Source: Promethearchaeota archaeon
GTDB taxonomy: Archaea > Asgardarchaeota > Lokiarchaeia > Sigyniarchaeales > SOKP01
Direction of reading: 5' to 3'
Length of the DNA stretch: 44,872 nt
Assembly: GCA_048939015.1 (NCBI GenBank)
Contig: JBHLPW010000043.1
Location: forward strand, 1,799-46,670
This document shows positions 19,712-29,215 of this stretch, piece by piece. The position numbers were made by a program, and so were the translations under genes. The notes under the pieces are model-generated. The model was not told where the DNA came from. It saw only the letters and a list, made by a program, of their open reading frames with translations, and did not search any database. How positions within the stretch are numbered: the first letter of the stretch is position 1; every line of letters starts with the position of its first letter.

Positions 19712-21007
19712 ATGATTAAAGAATATGAAATGAAATTGACTTACAAATTCAGGTATCCTAAAACTGAACATTTAGATATCCTATGTTCAATTTCTAAAAA
19801 ACTTTATAATCAGACAAATTGGTATATACGCCAGCATTTTTTTAATTTAGAAAATTGGCTTCGTTATCAAGATTTAAATTTCATGTTAAAAACTTCTGAC
19901 CATTATAAATTATTGAAAGCTCAAACATCCCAACAGATTATTAGAAAGATAGATGAGAATTGGAAAAGTTTCTTTTATGCCATTAAAGAATGGAAAATAA
20001 GTCGAAAAAAATTCAAGGGAAGACCAAAACCACCAAAATATAAGAAAAACTGTAACAATCTTTTGATCTTTACCAACCAGAATAGTAAAATTGAATATAA
20101 TTTAATTATCTTAACTATGTCTCAATTATTTAAGAAAAGATTTCCTGAATTTGAAAATCCAATAGAAATATCTATACCTCCATTTAAAAATAAAAATTTT
20201 GAGCAATATCAACAAATAAGGATCCTGCCGAGAAAAAGCTTTTATGAAATCGAAATAATTTACGAAGAAGACAAAAAGAAATCAAAATTAGATGAAAATA
20301 AGTATTTATCAATCGACTTCGGATTGAATAATTTAATAACTGCTGTAGAAAGCATTAATTCGAAACCACTTATCATTTCTGGAAGAATTTTAAAGTCCAT
20401 TAATAGGCAGTGGAATAAAAGAAAAGCAATACTTTACTCTATCAAAGATAAACAATTGTTAATATCATCTAAAAGACTTGAAAAAATCACAATAAGGAGA
20501 AATTCAGTAATAAAGGATTATTTACATAAAACTGCGCAATTTGTTGTAGGTTATTGTTTAAAAAATCAGATAGGTAATATTTGCTTAGGTGAATTAAAAT
20601 ACATAAAACAAAGAATAAGATTGGGTAAACGAATTAACCAGAATTTCGTGAATATCCCCATTCAAACACTTAAACAAATGATTACTTATAAAGCTCAGCT
20701 ATTAGGAATTAAAATCCATATAGTTGATGAGTCTTACACATCAAAATGCAGCTCTTTAGATTTAGAACCTATCCAAAAACATATAAGGTATATTGGAAAA
20801 CGGATCAAACGAGGATTATTTAGAGGTTCTAATTACCTCCTCAATGCAGACGTCAATGGAGCATTAAATATCCTCAGAAAAGTAGTCGGAGATGGTTTCA
20901 TTCAAAATCTATCCGATAGAGGTTACTGGTTTCAGCCTGTGCGAATAAGGGATTTATTCCAAACTTCGCATGAACAATTTTTATTAAAATCTGTTAATAT
21001 TATTTAA
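19712..21007 (+). mobile_element. tnpB: TnpB RNA-guided endonuclease, second solo IS200/IS605-family element
   Basis: KKLYN, WKSFF, SIDFGLNN, DESYTSKCS, NADVNGALNI; no tnpA. Confidence 0.95.
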
Positions 21008-21024
21008 CAGCTTTAACAAAATTG
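20940..21024 (+). ncRNA. Putative omegaRNA / right-end structure of tnpB #2
   Basis: TGCGAA...TTCGCA stem (20940-20970), then the imperfect inverted repeat CAATTTTTATTAAAATCTGTTAA-tattat-TTAACAGCTTTAACAAAATTG spanning the stop codon. Confidence 0.55.
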
Positions 21025-21122
21025 ATAACCGAAAAAGTTTAATTACTTAGTGTGGTTAAATTAATGTAAGAAGAGTGTTTGCATTTTTAATTTTAAATTA
21101 TTATTAGGTGGCTTAGTTTAAA

Positions 21123-24100
21123 TTGCAAAATCCAGAAGAATTAGCCCAAGAAGCTTTAAAATTTTTAGATATTGCGCAAAAATTTGAAGAAGGGAAAGAT
21201 GTAGAAAAAGCAATTTCGAATTATCAGAAAGCAGCTGAACTTCTCAAATCTAGTGGTTTTTTGATGCATAGGATTCAGGAGATCTATGACAGAATTAGTG
21301 AATTGAAAGAGTTTATAAAACAGGATAAATTATATCAACGATTTCAAACGAAAGCTCAAATGGAACAAGTACAAGATCAAGCATTTAGTTTATTAGAAGG
21401 AGCAAAGAAGCTAGAATTTGATGGTTTTATTGAAGATGCTATCCAACAAAATTTATCCGCAATTAATCTATTAGTCCAAGCTGGATGGTCTGAGGCTCAA
21501 CTAGAAAATATTAGATCTAAAATAAATAAATTAGCACAAGAAGCACAACAACAAAAAAGTATTCAAAAATTCGAAAAACAGGAAGTAGAAGTAGAACAAC
21601 AAGCTCCTTCAGTGTTACCCGATGAAAAGCCTCAAGTTGTTGGTATGTTTGGAGCGAAAACGAGTGTTGAAAAGGCAGAAATTATAGAAAAATTTCGAAT
21701 ACAGAAGAAACACGAAGAAGATATACAAAGCCAAGCATTTTCCCATATCGACGCTGCTAAAATGTTTGAAAAGGACAAAAAATATGATAATGCGATAATG
21801 AATTATGAAAGAGCTATTGAATTATTAGATTCTATAGGTTGGGGAGCTCAAATTCAAGAAATCAAAATTATTGTTGAAAAACTTAAAAAAGATAAAGCAT
21901 ATTTTGAGGCTCTTCAGGCTAAACAAAAGCAAGAAGCAACACAAATTACAAGTGATATTGAAGAACAAAAAATAGTATTAGAAAGAGAAGCTGAATCAAG
22001 AAAGGAAAAACTAATGGAATTTGAAGTGAAGAAGCAACATGATGAGCAAATCCAAATGAGAGCATTTAATCTAATTGATATTGGAAATAGACTTGAAAGA
22101 GAAAAAAAATATGATTCTGCAATCGAAAAATTAAATGAAGCGGTTCAACTTCTTAGATCCATAGAATGGGATTCATATGTGAAACCAGTTATAAGTCTAA
22201 TTGAGGGTATAAAAAATAAGCAAAAAAGAGAAGTAGAAGCTGAACAAATAAAAGAAAAACGGCAAAAAAATTTAATGATACTTCAAGATTCAATCTCAAA
22301 AAAGCAAAAAGATCAAATAATTGGATCAGCAAAAGAACTTGATGCTAAAAGAAAAGAGTTTGAAGCGAGGAGAAGTGAGGAAGTAAAGAGAGAAGAGGAT
22401 CTATTTGCAGTGTTAGATAATGCAGATGAGATTCTAAAAAGTAAAAAGTTTGATGATGCAATTAATGAATACAATAAAGCGTTATCAATTCTTAAAGATT
22501 TAGGCTCTGGTTGGGAGGCTTATCAAACAATGATAAAAAATACAATTTCAAATATAGAACTTATGAAACATACGCAGTATACAAAGGAATATGAAGAACA
22601 GAAAAAAGTAGAGGATAGAAGTCGAGAAGAATTAGAATTCCAAAAACAAATTACACAACTTTTAAATAAAGAGCGTGAGCGCTTAAAAAAGAAGGAAATT
22701 ATCGTAAAAGATACTGAAAAAGAAATTAAAGATTTTGAACAAAGAAGGAATATTGCTTTTGAATTCTTAGATTCTGCAATTGATTTCTTTATACAAGGAA
22801 AATATGAAGAAACTATTACAGCATATCAAAATGCAGCTAATATTTTTGCTGAGATTCAATGGACTGATGAAATTCCACTAATTGAGGATTCTATAAATGA
22901 AGTTGAAAATCTGCAAAAGCAACAAAAAATCGATAAGCAAAAAAAATTCCAAGCGTCTATAGAAAGGGAGAAAGAAGAAGAAAAATTTCAAAAGCAAATT
23001 TCAAAACATTTACAGCAAGAACGTGAAAAATTAAGGAAAAAGGAGATTGAATTAGCAGAACTTGAAAAAGAAAAGGAATATAGAGAGAATAAAAGAAAAG
23101 CAGGCTTTAAATTATTGGATCAAGCTCAAGAAGAAGTGAAACAAAACAATTTTGATAAAGCAATCGAAATATTACAATATGCAGTTAACTTTTTTGCTGA
23201 TATTGAATGGCAAGATGAAATTACATTGATCCAGAATTCTATTGTAGAAATTGAAAATAAGAAGAGAGAAGCAGAACTACAAAACCAAATAAAGTTACAA
23301 ACGGAATTAGAGCGGGAAAAACGAGAAAAAACATTCCAAGAACTTATTACAAAAGAAATGAAAACCCAACGCGAAAAGTTTAAGGAACGAGAAATTATTT
23401 TAAGAGAAAAGGAGAAAGAACTTGCATATCGAGAAGAAAGGAAAGAGGAAGCATTTAATTTGCTCGAGAAAGCTCAAGATTTTGTTTCTCATAGAAAATT
23501 TGACGAAGCACTGGATATTTATTATAATGTTGCAAATATTTTTGCTCAAATTCAATGGACTGAAGAAATTTCAGTTATTCAAGATGCTATAAATGATATT
23601 GAAAATAAAAAGAGAGAAGATGAGCTAAATAAACAAAAAAATCTACAGAAGGTAATTAAAAGAGAAGCAGAGGATAAAGCATTTATAGATTTGATTAAAT
23701 ATCAAAGAGAGAAGAAAAAAGAAGGTTTATTAAGAGAAAAAGAGATGCAGCAAAAGCAAAAAAGTTTGTCTGCTCAGAAACTAGTAAAACAGAAAGAAGG
23801 TTTTAGTTTGATTGAAGATGGAGATGTTCTACTTGAAGCTGAAAATTATGATGAAGCTATAAATAATTATCGAAAAGCATTAGATATTTTAAAAGAAATA
23901 GGGTGGGGAGAAGCTTATTTAAAATTATTGCATGATACAATTCAAATGATCTCGTTTAAGAAACAAGAAAAGCAAAATGAAAAACAAATAGAATTTGATT
24001 TGTCATTAAAACATCAAAAAGAGGAGGATTTGTTCCAAAAGAGAATCAGTGAGAATATTCAGATAGAGCGGGAAAGAATAAAAACTAAGGAAATAGAATT

Positions 24101-27100
24101 ACAAAGAAGAGAAGATCTTGTAAAGTTAATGGGAGAACGTAAGTTAGAGGCATTTAAGATAATGGATGAAGCGGAAATTCTGTTAAATAAAGGAGAATAC
24201 GATAAATCAATTGAGAGTTATCATAAAGCTGAATTGATTTTAAATGAGATAAACTTTCCAACAACTGCTATTAGAGAAATGATTCAAAAAATTCAACAGA
24301 GAAAAAGAGAGGATGATTTAAATAAATTTAAAGAAGTCGAAATGAAAGTTAGGAAGGACCAAGAGGAATTATCATTTCAACAGCGCATTCTAGAAAACAT
24401 GAAACTTGAACACGAAATAATGAGGGAAAAACAAAATGAGTTATTGAAGCAAGAAGAATTAAAGATGATTCAGGAAAATAAGAAGGAAGAAGCATTTAAT
24501 TTCTTGGAAGAAGCTCAAAAACAAATCGAAATGGGCAAGTTTGATGAAGCAATCAAGTCATACCAAAATGCTGAACAAATTTTTAAAGAAATTCAATGGG
24601 ATAGTGAAATTGATTTAATTAAGAATTCAATTACTGTTATTGAAAACAAAAGACACGAGGCGGAACTAAAAAAGCAACAGGAATTAGAAATTGCTTTAGA
24701 GAGAGAAAAAGAAGAAGAAGAATTTCAACAAAGAATTAATGAGGAATTATTAACACAGAAAGAGGAGTTAAAAAAGAGAGAGATTATATTTAGAGAAAAA
24801 GAAAAGGAAATTGAATTTCTTGAGAAAAGAAAAGAAGAGGCATTTAAAATATTGGATAAAGCTCAAATTTTTCTTTCTCAGAGTAAATTTGATGAGACTA
24901 TCGAATTATATCATGATGCAGCTAATATTTTTGCTCAAATTCAATGGATTGATGAAATTTCGATTATTAATCAAGCAATAAAGGATATTGAGAATAAAAA
25001 AAGAGAAAAAGATTTACTAAAGCAAAAGTCAATTCAAGAATCTCTTGAAGTAGAAAAGGAAAATTATGCATTTATGGAACAAATAAGAATTCTTAAAGAA
25101 AAGGAAGAAGCAAAAGCATTGGAGGAAAAAGAATTAATTAAAACTCAAAAAATGATTACTGCTCAATATATGGCAACTCAACAAGATGCATTTAAATTAA
25201 TTAACAATGGATATTCGTTGCTTAACCAAAAGAATTATGATCAAGCTCTAAACAACTATCAAAATGCAATAAGACTTCTTACTCAAATTGGATGGACATC
25301 TGATTATTTAGTATTACTCCAGGATACAGTTAAAACAATCGAAGTTAGAAAAAGAAAAATTGAACAAAAGAAAGAAAAAGAAATTCAATTAATAAAGAAG
25401 CAACAAGAAGAAGAAAAACGATTCCAGCAAAAGATTGCTGAAAGTATGCGAATAGAACAAAAAAGATTAAAATCGAAGAAAATTCAAATCGAAGAACAGG
25501 AAAAATTACTCCAACAAATGGAGCAACGTAAAGTGGAAGCATTTAATTTAATGGATGAGGGCGAGAAACATTTCAATAAAAAAGATTATTCTCAAGCGAT
25601 TGAAAAGTATAGACAAGCAGAATTACTTTTAAATGGAATTGGTTTCCCCACCAATTCTGTGAGAGAAATGATTAATAAAATTCAAGAGAAAAATAAAGAA
25701 GTATTAATTGCCAAACAAAGGGCATTGGAACTTCAGGTTCAAGCAGAAAAAGAAGAAATTCAATTTCAGCAAAAAGTAACAGAAAGTTTGAGGATACATG
25801 AAATTAAATTGAAATCTAAGCAAGCAGAAGTTGAAAAAATAAGGGAATTAAAAGAGTATATGGAAAGAAGGAAAGATGAAGCTTTTAATCTTCTTGAAGA
25901 CGCAGAAATTTTTATGAATCAATCTCAATATGATAAATCTCTCGAATATTATCATGGAGCTGAATTAATTTTGAATGAAATTGGTTATCCAACAGAATCT
26001 ATTCGAGAACTAATCGTCAAAGTACAAGAAAAGAAACGAGAATATGAGCTTCGAAAGCAAAAAGATTTGGAAATATCTATACAACGAGAACGAGAAGAGT
26101 GGAACCTTAAGCGAAAAGTAGCAGAGGATTTACGCGTTGAGAAAGAACGATTAAAAGTAAAAAAGTTAGAAATTTTAAAGAGAGAACAACTTAAAGAAAA
26201 ACTGGAGCAAAGAAAGGAACAAGCTTTCAAAATTATAGATGAAGGAGAACGTTTCCTTAAGGAAAAAAATTATGATAATGCCTTGGTATGTTATCGAAGA
26301 GCAGGCATAATTTTAAATGAATTGCAATTTCCGACAGATTCTATTAATAATACTATGTTTAAAATTAAAAAAATTCAAAAACAGAAAGAAGAAGAAGAAA
26401 ATTTAAAATATCAAAAGGAAATAGAGAGATTAGAAGAAGAAAGAGCATTAAAAGCACTGATTGACGAAAGAAAGAGGCAAGAAAGAGAAAAAAGGGAAGC
26501 TCAGCAACTAGCATTGAAACAACGAGAAAAAATGATCCAAGAACAAATGAATGTAAGAGAATCTGCTTATTCTCTATTGGAGGAGGCAGGAAAGTATTTA
26601 AAATTCCATATACCAAATTATAATGAAGCGATTTCACTTTATATTCAAGCTAGACGGATTTTAGAAGAGAATATTGGTTGGGAGCCGGAGATAAACAATC
26701 TAAATGGATTAATTAAAGATCTACAACAAGAACAAGCGAAATTTCTCGAAAAGAAAAGATTAGAAGAACAAGCTCATTTACAGAGACAGAATGAATATGC
26801 TTTATTCCAAGAAGAAGTTAAAAGGAGACGTATAGAACAAGAAAAGTTAAAACGAGAGCAAGAAAAGCAGTATAGAACTTTAATCCTAAAAAGGCAACAA
26901 ATCGATAAGTTAAGAGATGATGGTTTAAAATCTATTGACGAAGGTAAGAAATGGACAGCATACCATAATTTTGAAAAAGCTTATCAATATTTTAGTGATG
27001 CAATTTCAAAATTTAGAGAAATTGGATGGGATGATGAAATAAAATACATTCAGACTGAATTAAAAAATACTAAAATATTAGAGGAACGCGTTAAAAGAGA

Positions 27101-27491
27101 GGATCAAAGGATTCAATCTATACAAGAGCAATTAGATAAGCAAAGAGAGTTACAAATTCAACGAAGAAAAATTGAAGAAACAAGATTAAAGGGTACAATT
27201 GGCGAAGTGAGCCAATTAGCAGATGAAGTAGTAGGTTTGATTGAAAAAAGAAGGAAAGAGCAAAAATTAGCTGAAATACAAGAAAGAAAGAAAATTAAGG
27301 ATGAAGCAAAACATTTTCGTAAAGAAATGGGCGATTTAATAAAAATGAAACAAGAACTTATGGAAGAAGTCAACAGAAAGGAAAAAACGGATCTTAAATT
27401 CCAAGAAGACCTGCAAAAGGCTAAAGAAAGAGAAGAAATTGAAAATCTTAAAAGGATGATTAAAGAAAAAGGGAAAAAGAAAAAAAGTTAA
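21123..27491 (+). CDS. Giant (2122 aa) repeat protein: 18 MIT/TPR-like helical modules linked by charged alpha-helical/coiled-coil segments
   Basis: Recurring 'AF.LL..A......(Y/F)D.AI..Y..A..I...I.W..EI..I...I' with a period of 114-119 aa over most of the array; E/K/R/Q-rich linkers; no obvious TM segment or signal peptide; TTG start. Confidence 0.85.
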   Translation: MQNPEELAQEALKFLDIAQKFEEGKDVEKAISNYQKAAELLKSSGFLMHRIQEIYDRISELKEFIKQDKLYQRFQTKAQMEQVQDQAFSLLEGAKKLEFDGFIEDAIQQNLSAINLLVQAGWSEAQLENIRSKINKLAQEAQQQKSIQKFEKQEVEVEQQAPSVLPDEKPQVVGMFGAKTSVEKAEIIEKFRIQKKHEEDIQSQAFSHIDAAKMFEKDKKYDNAIMNYERAIELLDSIGWGAQIQEIKIIVEKLKKDKAYFEALQAKQKQEATQITSDIEEQKIVLEREAESRKEKLMEFEVKKQHDEQIQMRAFNLIDIGNRLEREKKYDSAIEKLNEAVQLLRSIEWDSYVKPVISLIEGIKNKQKREVEAEQIKEKRQKNLMILQDSISKKQKDQIIGSAKELDAKRKEFEARRSEEVKREEDLFAVLDNADEILKSKKFDDAINEYNKALSILKDLGSGWEAYQTMIKNTISNIELMKHTQYTKEYEEQKKVEDRSREELEFQKQITQLLNKERERLKKKEIIVKDTEKEIKDFEQRRNIAFEFLDSAIDFFIQGKYEETITAYQNAANIFAEIQWTDEIPLIEDSINEVENLQKQQKIDKQKKFQASIEREKEEEKFQKQISKHLQQEREKLRKKEIELAELEKEKEYRENKRKAGFKLLDQAQEEVKQNNFDKAIEILQYAVNFFADIEWQDEITLIQNSIVEIENKKREAELQNQIKLQTELEREKREKTFQELITKEMKTQREKFKEREIILREKEKELAYREERKEEAFNLLEKAQDFVSHRKFDEALDIYYNVANIFAQIQWTEEISVIQDAINDIENKKREDELNKQKNLQKVIKREAEDKAFIDLIKYQREKKKEGLLREKEMQQKQKSLSAQKLVKQKEGFSLIEDGDVLLEAENYDEAINNYRKALDILKEIGWGEAYLKLLHDTIQMISFKKQEKQNEKQIEFDLSLKHQKEEDLFQKRISENIQIERERIKTKEIELQRREDLVKLMGERKLEAFKIMDEAEILLNKGEYDKSIESYHKAELILNEINFPTTAIREMIQKIQQRKREDDLNKFKEVEMKVRKDQEELSFQQRILENMKLEHEIMREKQNELLKQEELKMIQENKKEEAFNFLEEAQKQIEMGKFDEAIKSYQNAEQIFKEIQWDSEIDLIKNSITVIENKRHEAELKKQQELEIALEREKEEEEFQQRINEELLTQKEELKKREIIFREKEKEIEFLEKRKEEAFKILDKAQIFLSQSKFDETIELYHDAANIFAQIQWIDEISIINQAIKDIENKKREKDLLKQKSIQESLEVEKENYAFMEQIRILKEKEEAKALEEKELIKTQKMITAQYMATQQDAFKLINNGYSLLNQKNYDQALNNYQNAIRLLTQIGWTSDYLVLLQDTVKTIEVRKRKIEQKKEKEIQLIKKQQEEEKRFQQKIAESMRIEQKRLKSKKIQIEEQEKLLQQMEQRKVEAFNLMDEGEKHFNKKDYSQAIEKYRQAELLLNGIGFPTNSVREMINKIQEKNKEVLIAKQRALELQVQAEKEEIQFQQKVTESLRIHEIKLKSKQAEVEKIRELKEYMERRKDEAFNLLEDAEIFMNQSQYDKSLEYYHGAELILNEIGYPTESIRELIVKVQEKKREYELRKQKDLEISIQREREEWNLKRKVAEDLRVEKERLKVKKLEILKREQLKEKLEQRKEQAFKIIDEGERFLKEKNYDNALVCYRRAGIILNELQFPTDSINNTMFKIKKIQKQKEEEENLKYQKEIERLEEERALKALIDERKRQEREKREAQQLALKQREKMIQEQMNVRESAYSLLEEAGKYLKFHIPNYNEAISLYIQARRILEENIGWEPEINNLNGLIKDLQQEQAKFLEKKRLEEQAHLQRQNEYALFQEEVKRRRIEQEKLKREQEKQYRTLILKRQQIDKLRDDGLKSIDEGKKWTAYHNFEKAYQYFSDAISKFREIGWDDEIKYIQTELKNTKILEERVKREDQRIQSIQEQLDKQRELQIQRRKIEETRLKGTIGEVSQLADEVVGLIEKRRKEQKLAEIQERKKIKDEAKHFRKEMGDLIKMKQELMEEVNRKEKTDLKFQEDLQKAKEREEIENLKRMIKEKGKKKKS
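23103..25880 (+). repeat. Higher-order duplication: two copies of a four-module block, 1389 bp (463 aa) each
   Basis: The conserved Phe codons of modules 7-10 (23106, 23454, 23802, 24153) each recur exactly 1389 nt later (24495, 24843, 25191, 25542) with matching module subtype. Confidence 0.9.
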
Positions 27492-27579
27492 AAATCATCC
27501 TTTTACAAAGAATATTAACAATTTATCCTAATTATTTTCTTATTATTGAAATTTTTAATTACAAAAAGCGTATTTTAAA

Positions 27580-29163
27580 ATGACGGAAAAGACAAATAAT
27601 ATAATTAAGTCTCGTATGTATGCTAGACAACAATTAATTGAAGGTTGGGATCAAGAGACTATTGATAATGGAACTATAATGATTATCGGAATTGGTGCTC
27701 TAGGTTGTGAAATAGCAAAGGATTTTGCTTTAATGGGAATTGGAAAGTTGATCCTTGTTGACCTAGATACCATTGAAACCTCTAATTTATCACGGCAAAT
27801 GCTTTTTAAACCTGGTGATGAGGGTCGTCCTAAAGCTGAGGTTGCAGCAGAAAGATTGAAAGAAATGAATCCATATCTAAAGGTCGATTATTATTTTGAA
27901 AAACTCCAGAAGTTACCAATGACTCTGTATGAAGAATCTGATGTGATTATAGCAGCCTTAGATAATTTTAACGCGAGACTAGATTTAAACAAAATATGTT
28001 TAAGATTGAAAAAACCAATGATTGAAGGTGGAACTGTAGGATTTGAGGGGCACGTCCAGATTGTTATCCCAGAAGGTTCTGGTTTACATTATAAAAATAA
28101 GGAAAATGAAGTTGAAAAACTAGTTGAATCTAGACTCTGGGAGATTAGTGAAAGGGAATATCCTGATTATTTCCGAGCTCAAAAAAGAATTGAGGAATTA
28201 GAAGAAGAAATTGAGAATATAAAAGCAGAGGATATAACACCAGTAATTAATAAAATTAGAAAAGAAATTGAAAATGTTTTTGATTGGAAACATGCTCCAG
28301 AAGTACTTGATCTAACTCCTTGTTATAGATGTCTAGTGCCAATACCTCCTGCTGACGATAAACTCGTTGCAGCTTGTACATTAAAGGGGTTACCACGAAA
28401 TAGAAATCACTGTGTAATAAAAGCTGAAGTAGAATTTGAGAAAAAAAATGGTCATAAACCCGATTTAAATTTAAATGACGAAGTTATAAAATTAAAAGAA
28501 TTAGCACAAGAAGAATTAATAAAACTTCGAGAGAGAGTTTTTAATGAAAATGTTTCACCTGAAAAAAAAGAGACATTATCTGAGGAGGAGATTGAGGAAT
28601 GGAAGAAAAACATTGAAGAAACATTTGGACCAGACTATAAATTTGAAGAAATGGAGAATATTCTCGGTAATAAAATTGCTGCTATACAATCAGTTAGCTC
28701 TGTTATTGCCAGTGTACAATCTCAAGAAGCTTTAAAACTTCTTTTTAGAGTAAAAGGAAGAGATATAGGTCCACCTATGGATCCACCTTATGTAAATTAT
28801 AATGGTATATATGGATTATTTGATCATTTAGACATTATTAAAAGGGAAGATTGTTTAGCTTGCGGCAAGATTGAAGGAGAAGAAAATGTACAAATTGTAG
28901 TACCATTTGATGCGGACGTCGGTTATATTTTTACAGCAATGAAAGTAACTGGTTACGAGTTAGATCCTGAATTGTGGATGATAACAAATCCTATGACCAA
29001 AGAAATTTATTGGAATCCATATATGCCTTCTTTAAAAGACCCTCACATTAAGTTAACTTCACTTAAAATAAGAAGTAATGATATTGTATCTCTAACCCCT
29101 CTGGGAAAAGCTTTAACTGAGTCAGAAATTAAGAAATTTAATGTAATAATTGCTTTTATGTAG
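27580..29163 (+). CDS. Ubiquitin-activating enzyme E1-like protein (ThiF/MoeB adenylation domain with UBA3-like catalytic Cys domain)
   Basis: YARQ, GIGALG, DLDTIETSNLSRQMLF, ALDNFNAR, CYRC and CLAC zinc pairs, catalytic 'AACTLKGLPRNRNHCV' (Cys266) matching the eukaryotic CTxxxxPxxxxHC motif. Confidence 0.92.
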   Translation: MTEKTNNIIKSRMYARQQLIEGWDQETIDNGTIMIIGIGALGCEIAKDFALMGIGKLILVDLDTIETSNLSRQMLFKPGDEGRPKAEVAAERLKEMNPYLKVDYYFEKLQKLPMTLYEESDVIIAALDNFNARLDLNKICLRLKKPMIEGGTVGFEGHVQIVIPEGSGLHYKNKENEVEKLVESRLWEISEREYPDYFRAQKRIEELEEEIENIKAEDITPVINKIRKEIENVFDWKHAPEVLDLTPCYRCLVPIPPADDKLVAACTLKGLPRNRNHCVIKAEVEFEKKNGHKPDLNLNDEVIKLKELAQEELIKLRERVFNENVSPEKKETLSEEEIEEWKKNIEETFGPDYKFEEMENILGNKIAAIQSVSSVIASVQSQEALKLLFRVKGRDIGPPMDPPYVNYNGIYGLFDHLDIIKREDCLACGKIEGEENVQIVVPFDADVGYIFTAMKVTGYELDPELWMITNPMTKEIYWNPYMPSLKDPHIKLTSLKIRSNDIVSLTPLGKALTESEIKKFNVIIAFM

Positions 29164-29215
29164 GTTTTATTTCTTATATTTTTTCTATAAATTAAAGCGA
29201 GATGACTCAAAGGAC

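Noticed and set aside
25345-27373. Several F/S/L-rich minus-strand ORFs
   Set aside because: Antisense artefacts of the E/K-rich giant gene.
21123-27491. SMC, myosin or phage tape-measure identity for the giant protein
   Set aside because: No Walker motifs, hinge, motor domain or viral context; any similarity would come only from coiled-coil composition.
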